NCBI GenBank assembly: GCA_965222605.1
Contig: OZ244960.1
Span: 3,616,001 to 3,680,000 of the forward strand
From: Candidatus Latescibacterota bacterium
GTDB lineage: Bacteria > Latescibacterota > UBA2968
Length of the DNA: 64,000 bases
Reading direction: 5' to 3'
Shown here: positions 46,601 through 56,558 of the stretch, one piece after another
Layout of the letters: every line of letters begins with the position of its first letter
Numbering within the stretch: position 1 is the stretch's first letter
The notes under the pieces: generated by a model
What the model was told of the DNA's origin: nothing
The model's database searches: none
What the model saw: only the letters and a program-made list of their open reading frames with translations
Made by a program: the position numbers and the translations under genes

Positions 46601-47275
46601 ATGAAACAATTTTTTGCCCTGTATCTGAAGGAACTCAAAGCGAATAGAGCACTTTTTCTATTTTTGCTTCTTTTGATTGTAGGGATGAGTGCTTATGGGC
46701 TGATTGGACTGGACAATGCCAAGGATTTTCCTTGGCCAATTCTGGCTGCTTCTACCCTTGTTTTTAGCCTGCCTTTTTTGCTGGCGCATGCCTTCAATAC
46801 TGAGTGGAAGTCTGAAACGCATTATCAGATGTTCGCACTACCGGTTTCACAATACACAGTGATTCTGGCAAAGATTGCAGCGGTTGTGAGTAAGGGCATT
46901 GTAGGTGGCATAATTGTAATAAGTTGTCTGTATTTATGGCTGATGAGTACTGCGGCCGATGATATAAGACTTTCATTTTTCGGAAGAGAGATGACGGGGG
47001 TACCAGCGTTTTTTGATTTTGCTTTTGGGGCTGGTATAACACTTGTGACGTATATGGTTTTCATTCTCGGCGTTGTGACCGGAATGGAGGGGGTGAAGTT
47101 TGCGGTTAAACGGTATCGGGGCTTGACTGCGGTTGCTTTTTTTATTCTTGCCGTGTTTGTGTATGGCCAGCTTTTACCACAAGACGATTGGTCTCCTTTT
47201 GTCTATACGATTCTGATGGGTATTATCTTTATGATTATTGGGCTTGTTGTGTATGAAAAACGCGCGGAAATATGA
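46601..47275 (+). CDS. ABC-2 type permease (paralog 1)
   Basis: LYLKELK, EW.SETHYQMFALP, ILAK, YEKRAEI. Confidence 0.8.
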   Translation: MKQFFALYLKELKANRALFLFLLLLIVGMSAYGLIGLDNAKDFPWPILAASTLVFSLPFLLAHAFNTEWKSETHYQMFALPVSQYTVILAKIAAVVSKGIVGGIIVISCLYLWLMSTAADDIRLSFFGREMTGVPAFFDFAFGAGITLVTYMVFILGVVTGMEGVKFAVKRYRGLTAVAFFILAVFVYGQLLPQDDWSPFVYTILMGIIFMIIGLVVYEKRAEI

Positions 47276-47316
47276 GGTCCGATCTATGACCGTACAAAAA
47301 GTCAGGAGGCATTTGT

Positions 47317-47688
47317 ATGCCACCTTATGAGTTTGATCCAAACGCGCCTATTTATTTACAAATTATCGGCGAGATCAAAAAGCGTTCGGTGCGCGGGGTT
47401 TATTCGCCGGGTTCAAAGTTGCCTTCGGTGCGGGATATGGCGAGGGAAATGGGCGTGAATCCCAATACGATGGCGCGGGCTTATGCAGAGCTCGAGCGGG
47501 AGGGTTTTGTTTTTACGCGGCGCGGGCAGGGTTCGTTTGTTACGGAGGATGGGAAGAAGATTGAGGCTGAGAAGCGGAAGTTGGCACAGGGTGCTGTTGC
47601 GCGGTTTGTTGCAGAGGTTGGAGAATTAGATCTTTCCAGCGAGCAAGTTGCCGATTTGTTGCGCGAGATAGAGGAGGATTTGACATGA
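47317..47688 (+). CDS. GntR family (YtrA subfamily) regulator
   Basis: PIYLQI, KLPSVRDMA, VNPNTMARAY, RGQGSFV; short C-terminus. Confidence 0.92.
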   Translation: MPPYEFDPNAPIYLQIIGEIKKRSVRGVYSPGSKLPSVRDMAREMGVNPNTMARAYAELEREGFVFTRRGQGSFVTEDGKKIEAEKRKLAQGAVARFVAEVGELDLSSEQVADLLREIEEDLT

Positions 47689-48377
47689 TGATCGATGTTC
47701 GCGATGTGTGGAAGCGATATCCGGGCGCGTGGGCACTGCGCGGTGTTTCTTTTCAGGTTGAGCGCGGGCGCGTGCAAGGTGTGTTGGGCGAGAATGGGAG
47801 TGGGAAGAGTACTTTGTTCCGCATTCTGGCTGGTTTGACCCATCCGTCTCGGGGAACCGCCGAGGTGATGGGGCAAGCGGTGAGTGTGAAGACCCGACAG
47901 CATGTGGCTTATCTGGCGGAGATTAATCCATTTTACGATTGGATGAAGGTGATGGAGCAGGTCGAGTTTCTGGCGTGTTTTTATCCCAGGTGGGATATGG
48001 ATAAGTCGCGCGAGTTGCTGAGTTTTATGGGGCTGGATGAAGATAAGAAGGTGGGCGCGCTTTCGCGGGGCCAACAGGGTCGGCTCAAGGTGGTGTGTGC
48101 GTTTTCCTGGCCGAGTGATCTGGTTTTGATGGATGAGCCTCTATCCGGTATTGATCCCCCGTCGCGCAAACGCATTGTGGAAGCGCTGTTTAGCGAGTTT
48201 CGCTTTGGGGAGCAGACGATTTTGATTTCGACGCATCTGGTTCATGAGGTAGGCGAGTTTATCGAGGATGTGATGTTTATGAAAGAGGGCGAGATCGCAC
48301 TTTCCGGCAATGCAGATGCGCTGAGAGAGGAACGCGGGGAGTCGCTTTCGGAGATGTTTGAGATGGTGGCGATGTGA
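47685..48377 (+). CDS. ABC transporter ATP-binding protein
   Basis: GENGSGKST, LSRGQ, LMDEP, ISTH. Confidence 0.93.
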   Translation: MMIDVRDVWKRYPGAWALRGVSFQVERGRVQGVLGENGSGKSTLFRILAGLTHPSRGTAEVMGQAVSVKTRQHVAYLAEINPFYDWMKVMEQVEFLACFYPRWDMDKSRELLSFMGLDEDKKVGALSRGQQGRLKVVCAFSWPSDLVLMDEPLSGIDPPSRKRIVEALFSEFRFGEQTILISTHLVHEVGEFIEDVMFMKEGEIALSGNADALREERGESLSEMFEMVAM

Positions 48378-48544
48378 GATGGCCGGTGCCGTAATGTTGT
48401 AGGGGACGGCCCCCGTCCAGTCATCGCGGCGTGTTTAAAGCCGCGATCCAAAAGGTTTTTAGCCGTCCACTGATCGCTTTTAAGTGTAGGGGCGGTGCCC
48501 CCGTGCCCGCCCACTTTCCAATATCCTTTACCTGGGATCGTGAT

Positions 48545-49354
48545 ATGAAATCATTTTTTGCGCTGTATGTGAAGGAACTGAAAGCGAATAAAACCCTTTT
48601 TTTGTTTTTGATGCTTTTGGTTGTAGGGATAAATGCTTATGGGCTTATGAAGGTGGCAAATGTTTCGCAAGAACAGATTGTTTCACAAGAACAGATTGGG
48701 ATGATCATCAAATTTCTGATAACCGTTACGTTGCCCATCAATCTGGCAAAAACTATCCTCTTTCTAAGTTTGCCCTTTTTGCTGGCACACACCTTCAATT
48801 CCGAGTGGCGATCAGAAACGCACTATCAGATGTTTACCCTTCCAATTTCTAGATACAAAGTGATTCTGGCAAAGATCGCTGCGGTTGCAAGTGTAGGCTT
48901 TGTGGGGGGTGAGATTGTTATTGGCAGTGTGTATTTATCGATGGCAAAGATCGCTGACTTGGTGTTAGAGGGAGGGGGAGGGTCTATATTTATAGTTATA
49001 GGAGAGCTTATGCCATTTTTTGATTTTGTTCTTATAGCGCATTTGCTATTTGTAACTTATATGATTTTTATTTTTGGCATTGTAACAGGGATGGAAGGGG
49101 TGAAGTATTCGGTTAAGCGGTATCGGAGATTGGCTGCGGTTGCTTCTTTTGTTGTATTTTTATTTTTTAGCTTCTTCACGCTTCAAGGTCTGGGTGTTTT
49201 TACAAGTTTCCTGATGCCGATGCTTCCTTTTGTGTATGGTGAAAATCTCATTTTTATCGAAACGAATGTAATGCCTTATTTTTCTATCATTCTCACAGGT
49301 ATTATCTTTATGATCATTGGGCTTGCGATGTATGAAAAACGCGCGGAAATCTAA
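48545..49354 (+). CDS. ABC-2 type permease (paralog 2)
   Basis: Same motifs as paralog 1; VSQEQI x2 from an 18-bp near-perfect duplication at 48661-48696. Confidence 0.8.
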   Translation: MKSFFALYVKELKANKTLFLFLMLLVVGINAYGLMKVANVSQEQIVSQEQIGMIIKFLITVTLPINLAKTILFLSLPFLLAHTFNSEWRSETHYQMFTLPISRYKVILAKIAAVASVGFVGGEIVIGSVYLSMAKIADLVLEGGGGSIFIVIGELMPFFDFVLIAHLLFVTYMIFIFGIVTGMEGVKYSVKRYRRLAAVASFVVFLFFSFFTLQGLGVFTSFLMPMLPFVYGENLIFIETNVMPYFSIILTGIIFMIIGLAMYEKRAEI

Positions 49355-49404
49355 AGCCCAAATTGTACGATGGCGGTCGAATACTCTTTACCTGGAATCG
49401 TAAT

Positions 49405-50172
49405 ATGAAACAATTTTTTGCATTATATGTGAAGGAACTCAAAGCGAATAAAATTCTTTTTTTATTTGTACTGCTTTTAATTGCGGGGATGAATGCTTAT
49501 GGGCTTATGCAGATAGCGTATGTTCGGCATTTTAAGGACGTGATTGAGTCCAGCGATAATCTTCCTGTTATTCTTTGGCCCAATCTCAGCTATTTCTGGC
49601 CAATGCTGGCTGTTTTTACTCTCGTTCTGAGTCTGCCCTTTTTGCTGGCGCAGGCCTTCAATTCCGAGTGGCGATCCGAAACGCATTATCAGATGTTTGC
49701 ACTAACGGTACCACAGTACAAAGTGATTCTGGCAAAAATTGTTGCGATCGCGAGTAAGGGCATTATAGGTGGCGGGATTGTTATTGGTAGTCTGTATTTA
49801 TGGATGGTGAGTAAGGCCGAGTTTGTAGATGGCGTAAGCGAGTTGATATCATTTCCCCGTTTTACTCTGGTGACGGGCTTGATTCTTGTGACGTATATGG
49901 TTTTCATTCTCGGTCTTGTGACCGGGATGGAAGGGATAAAGTTTTCAGTGAAGCGGTATCGAGGATTGGCTGCAATTGCTTTTTGTCTGGTATCCGTATT
50001 TTTATATGGCCGACTTTTCCAGCAAGGAGAGAGGGTGTTTGAATTTTTGGGACAAATTGCGATGCCTCCTTTTGGAAATGCGGATGTGTCACATTTTGTC
50101 TATACCATTCTCACAGGTATTATCTTTATGATCATTGGGCTTGCGATGTATGAAAAACGCGCGGAAATATAA
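49405..50172 (+). CDS. ABC-2 type permease (paralog 3)
   Basis: Same motifs; 3' end near-identical to paralog 2. Confidence 0.8.
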   Translation: MKQFFALYVKELKANKILFLFVLLLIAGMNAYGLMQIAYVRHFKDVIESSDNLPVILWPNLSYFWPMLAVFTLVLSLPFLLAQAFNSEWRSETHYQMFALTVPQYKVILAKIVAIASKGIIGGGIVIGSLYLWMVSKAEFVDGVSELISFPRFTLVTGLILVTYMVFILGLVTGMEGIKFSVKRYRGLAAIAFCLVSVFLYGRLFQQGERVFEFLGQIAMPPFGNADVSHFVYTILTGIIFMIIGLAMYEKRAEI

Positions 50173-50236
50173 AGTCCGAATCGTGCAACTTTCCGTCTCA
50201 CATCAAGTTTAAGTATGAAAGATTAGATTAGTTCGA

Positions 50237-50488
50237 TCAATTCACCTGCATCCGCTTGACTTGACTTAATCTCGCTCCAAAAGCGATTGCTGCCAGGATG
50301 TCCTCTTTTTCCAGATCTTCATAATCGTTCAGAATATCGTCAATGGACATGTCTCCACTTAAGAGTGTCAAAATCATCTCAACTGGATACCGCAATCCCC
50401 GTATGCATGGTTTGCCATGACAAATTTCAGGATCTATAGTAATGCGTTCCAGCAATTTTTCTGTAGAATGATCCGATTGCAGAGCCAT
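50237..50488 (-). CDS. DUF433 family protein (antitoxin-like)
   Basis: RITIDPEICHGKPCIRGLRYPV..Y.DL..EDILAAI. Confidence 0.9.
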   Translation of the reverse strand: MALQSDHSTEKLLERITIDPEICHGKPCIRGLRYPVEMILTLLSGDMSIDDILNDYEDLEKEDILAAIAFGARLSQVKRMQVN

Positions 50489-50528
50489 ATACGTACTCTT
50501 CCCCAAAATCCGTCATGATCGGTTTGTG

Positions 50529-51149
50529 CTACTCAGAGAGACGCCGGTTAAGGTCAACTGGAACCGCATAGCGCGGAGCGGCGATGGGTTCGCCTGGGGC
50601 AGGTCGTTCCAGAAAGGTTACGCTGTCGTAGAAATCATCCAATGCGATAAATCTGCCGTTCTCCTCCGCCCATTCCCGCATCTGGCGATTACAGCTATGC
50701 CGCCACGACAAAACTTCAATGTGCCAACCTCGGCGTCGCATGCGCTCCAGGTCAGCGTGAAAGCCGACGCCATCATCAAAGCCGGCTCCGTCTCCTGTGA
50801 GCATGACCACAATACCTGGATTGCCGTTGTAATCGAATCCATCGCGCAGCATCTCGGTTTGCAAAACCTGGTCCACGCCCTGTTCTCGTCCCTGTATTGC
50901 ACCGCGTTCCAATAGCTTGATGGTAACGCCTTCGTTCTCTAAACGATTCCAGACGTGCCGTAGTTCTGGTGGGATAGAGCCAACGGCGACAGCATGCTCA
51001 ATTTTTCGTCCAGCACGCGCCAGTTCCAGCAGATTCCGAAAATGAATACGCACGCGAGAACGCACAGCTTCGCCTTCTCTGTCAATGGCAACTTGTTGAC
51101 CACTGATGAAAATGTTGGAATCGTCCCAATAAATAAAAACTTTGTCCAT
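50529..51149 (-). CDS. NYN domain (PIN-like) ribonuclease
   Basis: VFIYWDDSNI, EQGVD, LTGDG, FIALD; upstream TTGACT-17-TATTTT. Confidence 0.85.
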   Translation of the reverse strand: MDKVFIYWDDSNIFISGQQVAIDREGEAVRSRVRIHFRNLLELARAGRKIEHAVAVGSIPPELRHVWNRLENEGVTIKLLERGAIQGREQGVDQVLQTEMLRDGFDYNGNPGIVVMLTGDGAGFDDGVGFHADLERMRRRGWHIEVLSWRHSCNRQMREWAEENGRFIALDDFYDSVTFLERPAPGEPIAAPRYAVPVDLNRRLSE

Positions 51150-51360
51150 TTTGTTTCTCCGGTTTTGCTCGTTCCGGTTATGATCATTTTTTTTAATCCA
51201 CATCTAAAAATAGCCTATTTGCCATGACCAGTCAATATGAAGGCTAATGCTGCGTGAGAACGGCGATCCGATTCCGGAGCCTCAAACGTTTTTCCAACTG
51301 GTTGAAGTATAAGGGCAAAGCAAATTGCGGTACTATGCAATGGTAAAACAGACTATGACA

Positions 51361-53751
51361 ATGCAATGGATATGGCTATTTGCCGTCCTTTTATTGACCG
51401 CGCCAGTGCAGGCAAAGGTGATTCAGGGTACTGTGACCGATGCGTCAACAGGAGAGCCGCTTCCCGCTGCGACGGTGCATGTTCTGGGGGCTTATGACGG
51501 TACGATTTCAAATACCGAGGGCAAGTATGTGCTGCCTTTGCGCTCTGTTCCCGCGGTGGTGGAGGTGCGCTATATTGGCTACCGGTCGCAGCAATACAAT
51601 GTGACGGAGGACGCAGCCGATGTGCATGATTTTGCCCTGGAGCCAGTGCCGATTGAGATGGAGGCGCTCGTGGTGACGGCTGAGGATATGGGTCCCAATA
51701 TTATGCGTAAGGTCATCGCGCAGAAGCAAACGTGGTGGGATAGTCTGGAGACGTTTCGCGTTGAGGCTTATTCGCGGTTTGTCTATTACAGGGGAAAGGG
51801 GGATAATGACTCATCGGAGATTGTCGCGATTGTCGAGAGCTTGTCCGACGGTTTTTGGGATGGAGAAAAGGGATGGCGGGAGGTCATTAAGGATAAACGC
51901 GAGACAGAGAATTGGGATTATGATTTTGCTTTGCCCGCGGCTGCGGGTGTGAATTTGTACGATGATGAGACAGTACTCGGCGGCCATCTTATGATCGGCG
52001 TTACGCATCCCGATGCTCTAAATCACTATGATTTTGTGCTCACAGGTCGTCGCAAAATGGATGAGCACGTTATTTACGATATTGATGTGAAACCCAAACA
52101 CAGCCTCAAGACGGCTTTTAATGGTCGCGTGGCTGTGCTCGATAGTGTGTACGCGTTCGTGGAGGTAGAACTGACGCCAAATCGGGCGTTTTTGTTTCCG
52201 CCGCCTATTCGCGAATTTACCATTACTATGCGTCAGCAGTTTAGCAATTTCGGTGGTGATTATTATTTGCCGGTGGGCTATCAGTCGGATGTGAATATTG
52301 AGATCGGGATGATTGGTTTGCAATTTCCGCCTATTAAAGGACAACGCGTTTCTCGTTTGACGGGGTATGAGGTGAATGTCGCGTTGCCCGATTCGCTTTA
52401 TGAACAGGATCGCATCGTGGTGGTGGATTCTGTGCGTGTCGAGCAGGATAGTTTATTGGCACGAACAGCACTCGCCGTGCCATTGGATGATATTGAGCAA
52501 GAGGCTTATGCGCGGATTGACAGCACGATGACGCTGGATAAAGCGTATGAACCAAAGGGGTTTTTGGCGCGTTTTGTGAAGGATGATGAGGAGGATGAAA
52601 AAAATAAGAAGGATGGTAAGAAGGGGCGCAAATTGCCGTTTCGGCCCAAACCCGAGATCTGGTTTAATCGCGTGGATGGTGGGCATTTAGGTTCAAAAAT
52701 TTCTTCGGGATCGAGTCGAAGCCGAGCGACTTTTGCAGGTGGGGGTGCGTATAATTTCGGTTTGAAACGATGGTCTTTTGACGGCAAGACTACGGTGCGC
52801 TGGGGGGCGGACAATAAGGGGTTTGTTTCGCTTGAGGGATTTCGCGGGACAGATACGCGCTATCGCTCGAGATTATATAGCCGATTCAAGGCCAGTTTTC
52901 AGCAGATTGAAGGTTTCGAAGATTATTTTGATTTCTTCTGGCGCGAGGGTGTAAGGGGAACGGCGGGCTATCGGTTTGGTCGTCCGAGAAAGGCGGGTGT
53001 GCGGTTGAGCGGTGGGGTCAATGTCGCGCAACACAAGTCGGTAGAGAAGACTACGGATTGGCATTTGAGTGGGGATATTGATGTGCAACGGCCCAATCCG
53101 GAGATTGATCCGGGTAATTTGCGTTCTGTGTTTTTGCGCGCAGATATCGAGGGTGAAAATTCGGAACTCGTGTTTATTTTCAGGCAACGAAGAATTATAT
53201 TGGAGGTTGAACACAGCCGGTCGGGATTCGGTAGTGATTTTGATTTTACACAATTTCGGGTGCTGTTGGATTGGCGTATCAAGACGCTGTTTAAGCGGCG
53301 TTTGTTGCCCAATGTGCTCGATGTGCGTGTTGTTGGTAGTGTGTTTGTGGGGACGTTGCCCAGGCAGCGCTTTGAGATTTTGGATGCCGGGCTGCTGGAC
53401 GGGCTTTCGACATTTGGGGCATTTCGCACGCTTGTGAATCGCCCTTATGAAGGGGAGAAAGTACTGGGGGTGTTCTGGGAACACAATTTTCGCACGGTTC
53501 CGTTTGAGTTGATCGGCTGGCGGTGGGCTGCGGAGCGCAATATTGGTTTGATTGTTCACGGCGGACACGGGCGCACGTGGTTTGGAGATCGCACATTGGC
53601 AGGGTTGGATTATGCGCCGCAATATATAGATGGATTTCACCACGAACTGGGTGTGTCGATTAACGGGCTGTTTGATTGGTTTCGGTTGGATTTCACAAAG
53701 CGGTTGGATGCATCGGGATTTTCTGTGAGTGTTGGGTTTGTGCAGTTTTGA
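51361..53751 (+). CDS. outer-membrane protein with CarboxypepD_reg-like N-terminal domain (DUF5686-like)
   Basis: Signal peptide, IQGTVTDASTGEPLPAATV, YIGY, terminal Phe. Confidence 0.78.
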   Translation: MQWIWLFAVLLLTAPVQAKVIQGTVTDASTGEPLPAATVHVLGAYDGTISNTEGKYVLPLRSVPAVVEVRYIGYRSQQYNVTEDAADVHDFALEPVPIEMEALVVTAEDMGPNIMRKVIAQKQTWWDSLETFRVEAYSRFVYYRGKGDNDSSEIVAIVESLSDGFWDGEKGWREVIKDKRETENWDYDFALPAAAGVNLYDDETVLGGHLMIGVTHPDALNHYDFVLTGRRKMDEHVIYDIDVKPKHSLKTAFNGRVAVLDSVYAFVEVELTPNRAFLFPPPIREFTITMRQQFSNFGGDYYLPVGYQSDVNIEIGMIGLQFPPIKGQRVSRLTGYEVNVALPDSLYEQDRIVVVDSVRVEQDSLLARTALAVPLDDIEQEAYARIDSTMTLDKAYEPKGFLARFVKDDEEDEKNKKDGKKGRKLPFRPKPEIWFNRVDGGHLGSKISSGSSRSRATFAGGGAYNFGLKRWSFDGKTTVRWGADNKGFVSLEGFRGTDTRYRSRLYSRFKASFQQIEGFEDYFDFFWREGVRGTAGYRFGRPRKAGVRLSGGVNVAQHKSVEKTTDWHLSGDIDVQRPNPEIDPGNLRSVFLRADIEGENSELVFIFRQRRIILEVEHSRSGFGSDFDFTQFRVLLDWRIKTLFKRRLLPNVLDVRVVGSVFVGTLPRQRFEILDAGLLDGLSTFGAFRTLVNRPYEGEKVLGVFWEHNFRTVPFELIGWRWAAERNIGLIVHGGHGRTWFGDRTLAGLDYAPQYIDGFHHELGVSINGLFDWFRLDFTKRLDASGFSVSVGFVQF

Positions 53752-53871
53752 GGGTGTGGTGAATAACGCACCATCTTTGCCCCTTGTCAGATACATTGAC
53801 AAGGGGCTTTTTGGTTCATAATATTGTCGCGGTTTTTTGCGGGATTACATTTTAGATGGAAAGGATTTTTT

Positions 53872-55218
53872 ATGAGCGATTCTCCTCATGTCATTCTCAT
53901 TTTTGGTGACCAGTGGCGCGCACAGGCGTTTGGTTATGCCGGCAATACGTGTGTGCAAACGCCGCATATCGACCGTCTCGCGTCTCAAAGTATTAATGCG
54001 ACACACGCGGTTTCGGGGTGTTCGGTTTGTTGCCCGGCGCGCGCGTCTTTGCTGACGGGTCAATATCCACTCACGCATGGCGTTTTTGTCAATGATGTCC
54101 ATTTAAGCGATAGGGCTGTTAGTCTGGCACAGGCTTTCAAAAATGAGGGATACGATACCGCTTATGTCGGCAAATGGCATGTCAATGCAAATGGGCGGTC
54201 CCGTTATATTCCACCCGAAAATCGGCAGGGGTTTGACTATTGGAAGGTGCTGGAGTGTACGCACAATTACAACAATTCTTTTTATTATGCGAATGACTCC
54301 GATGAGAAGCTCACATGGGAGGGGTATGACGCGATTGCGCAGACGCGCGATGTGCAAGATTATATTGAGAATCACGACTCGGATGATCCCTTTCTGCTCG
54401 TGCTTTCATGGGGTCCACCACACGCGCCTTACGAAACTGCGCCCGAAAAATACCGCGCGATGTATCGCCCCGAGGATGTGCCTTTGCGCGAGAATGTGCC
54501 ACCAGAATCCGAAGAAAATGCCCGAAAATGGATTGCGGGCTATTATGCTCATTGCACTGCGCTGGACGATTGTATGGGCGATTTGCTCCAGACGCTGGAT
54601 GATAAGGGCATAGCCGACGATACGCTCTTGCTCTTTTTTTCGGATCACGGCGATATGCTCGGCTCACAGGGGAGTGCGAAAAAGCAACAGCCCTGGGAAG
54701 AGTCTATCCGCATTCCGTTTTTGTTGCGATGGCCGGCGCAATTTGGAACGGAGGGCCGCGAGATTTCTGATCCTATCGATATACCCGATATTATGCCCAC
54801 GCTTTTGGGGCTTTGTGGGTTTGATATTCCCGATACGGTTGAGGGCTTGGATTATTCGGCCTATCTCAACGGTGATGAAAGTTCCTCTGATGGTGCTGCA
54901 CTTTTACAATGCCCGCAGCCTTTTGGGCAGTGGACGCGCGCTCAGGGGGGACGCGAATATCGCGGTTTGCGGACGGGGCAATACACTTATGTTCGCTCCC
55001 TCGATGGGCCGTGGTTGCTCTATGATAACGTAGCCGATCCCTTTCAGTTGAACAATCTTGTTGCCGATCCTGAGTACGCGGATTTGCGCCGCGAGTTGGA
55101 CGCCTGGCTCCAACGCCGCCTCGATGCGCGAGGCGATGAGTTTCTTTCGGGCGCAGACTATATTCGGCAATGGGGATATACCGTGAATGAAAGCGGTACT
55201 GTGCCTTATACAAATTAA
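53872..55218 (+). CDS. sulfatase
   Basis: GDQWR, CCPARAS, GKWH, PPHAPY, SDHGD. Confidence 0.93.
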   Translation: MSDSPHVILIFGDQWRAQAFGYAGNTCVQTPHIDRLASQSINATHAVSGCSVCCPARASLLTGQYPLTHGVFVNDVHLSDRAVSLAQAFKNEGYDTAYVGKWHVNANGRSRYIPPENRQGFDYWKVLECTHNYNNSFYYANDSDEKLTWEGYDAIAQTRDVQDYIENHDSDDPFLLVLSWGPPHAPYETAPEKYRAMYRPEDVPLRENVPPESEENARKWIAGYYAHCTALDDCMGDLLQTLDDKGIADDTLLLFFSDHGDMLGSQGSAKKQQPWEESIRIPFLLRWPAQFGTEGREISDPIDIPDIMPTLLGLCGFDIPDTVEGLDYSAYLNGDESSSDGAALLQCPQPFGQWTRAQGGREYRGLRTGQYTYVRSLDGPWLLYDNVADPFQLNNLVADPEYADLRRELDAWLQRRLDARGDEFLSGADYIRQWGYTVNESGTVPYTN

Positions 55219-55233
55219 ACCCTGGAGTGAAAA

Positions 55234-55617
55234 ATGAATCGCGGTAAAAATGTTTTGGGCGAAGATCTCGAGGATTGTTGTACCGATCCTATGACGGGGT
55301 TTTTTAGAGATGGATGTTGTCGCACGGGATCGGGCGATCTGGGATTGCACATCCTTTGTGCGGAGATGACCGAAGAGTTTTTGGCTTTTTCCCAGTCTGC
55401 GGGCAATGATCTGAGTACGCCTATGCCTGAATTTCGGTTTCCCGGTCTCAAACCCGGTGACCGCTGGTGTTTGTGTGTCCAGCGCTGGGTTGAAGCACTT
55501 GACGCGGGTTTTGCACCTCCCGTTTATCTTTCGGGTACGCATATTTCCACGCTCGAGTTTGTCAATTTGGATACGCTCAAGGGATATGCGCTGGATAATG
55601 GAGATCCTTTGACATGA
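55234..55617 (+). CDS. DUF2237 family protein
   Basis: NVLGE.L..C..DPMTGFFRDG.C, GNDLSTP, PGLKPGDRWCLC. Confidence 0.9.
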   Translation: MNRGKNVLGEDLEDCCTDPMTGFFRDGCCRTGSGDLGLHILCAEMTEEFLAFSQSAGNDLSTPMPEFRFPGLKPGDRWCLCVQRWVEALDAGFAPPVYLSGTHISTLEFVNLDTLKGYALDNGDPLT

Positions 55618-56555
55618 TTGAAAAAGCCACTCTTCAAGTCCCACGTCGTCGCTGGGGCAAAACCGAACTTTCCATTTCCGTTATTCCCTTTGGTACGCAG
55701 GGGTTTGGCAACAATTTTGGTCCTGTAACCGATGATGAGGCCGCAGATCTCATTCGGTATGCTATCGATATCGGCGTCAATCACTTCGATTGTGCGCGGT
55801 GTTATGGCGATTCTCTCCGAAAACTCGGTCTTGCGATTAAACAGGGTGTTGTCGTGCGCGATGAAATTATTATCAGTGGGCGCATTTGCTGCCACAGTGC
55901 TGCGAAGTGGGGGGGATATGGATCTGGAGAACCCGATTATACAACCGAGCGCGCGCTTGCCGATATAGAAGACCAGCTCGAGATTTTGGGGATCGATCAC
56001 TTCGATGTGCTCTTTGTTCACGATCCGGAAAATATTGAGGCCACGCTCGCTTCGGGCGGTACGCTCGAAGGATTGGAAAAAGCGCGAGAACGGGGTTGGG
56101 TCAATTTTATTGGATACGGGATGCGTCCCCACGATTTTCATCTAACGCATATCGAATCGGGGCGCACGGATTGTTTTCTGTGTTTTGGGGATCACAATCT
56201 TTTGCGTCAAACTATTAGCGAAGATATTTTGCCCGCTGCGGCAGAACGCGATCTGGGCGTGATGAATGGCTGGTCAATTATGCGCGGTTATCTCACGGGT
56301 GTGCCCGTGGAAAATTTTGTGCCTCGCCACCGCTGGCAAAAAGATCACGATCGTGCCGAGAACATGCGCCTGTGGTGTGAAGATCACGGGCACAACTTGC
56401 TCGAACTCACGTTGCAATTCTGTATCCGCGAGAGCCGTATCCACGGCAATCCGATCGGCAGCCTGAACAAGGAGCAACTCGAGACCAATGTGCGCGCGGC
56501 GTGTGCAACGGTTTCCGATGAGGTGTTCGAAGAATTTTTCTCTGCGGAACTTTAG
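55614..56555 (+). CDS. aldo/keto reductase
   Basis: GVNHFDCARCYG, DVLFVHDP. Confidence 0.85.
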   Translation: MIEKATLQVPRRRWGKTELSISVIPFGTQGFGNNFGPVTDDEAADLIRYAIDIGVNHFDCARCYGDSLRKLGLAIKQGVVVRDEIIISGRICCHSAAKWGGYGSGEPDYTTERALADIEDQLEILGIDHFDVLFVHDPENIEATLASGGTLEGLEKARERGWVNFIGYGMRPHDFHLTHIESGRTDCFLCFGDHNLLRQTISEDILPAAAERDLGVMNGWSIMRGYLTGVPVENFVPRHRWQKDHDRAENMRLWCEDHGHNLLELTLQFCIRESRIHGNPIGSLNKEQLETNVRAACATVSDEVFEEFFSAEL

Positions 56556-56558
56556 GAG

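Noticed and set aside
51244-51312. Minus-strand peptide LYFNQLEKRLRLRNRIAVL resembling a HEPN RNRIAH motif
   Set aside because: Lacks the His, has no start codon and is too short to support.
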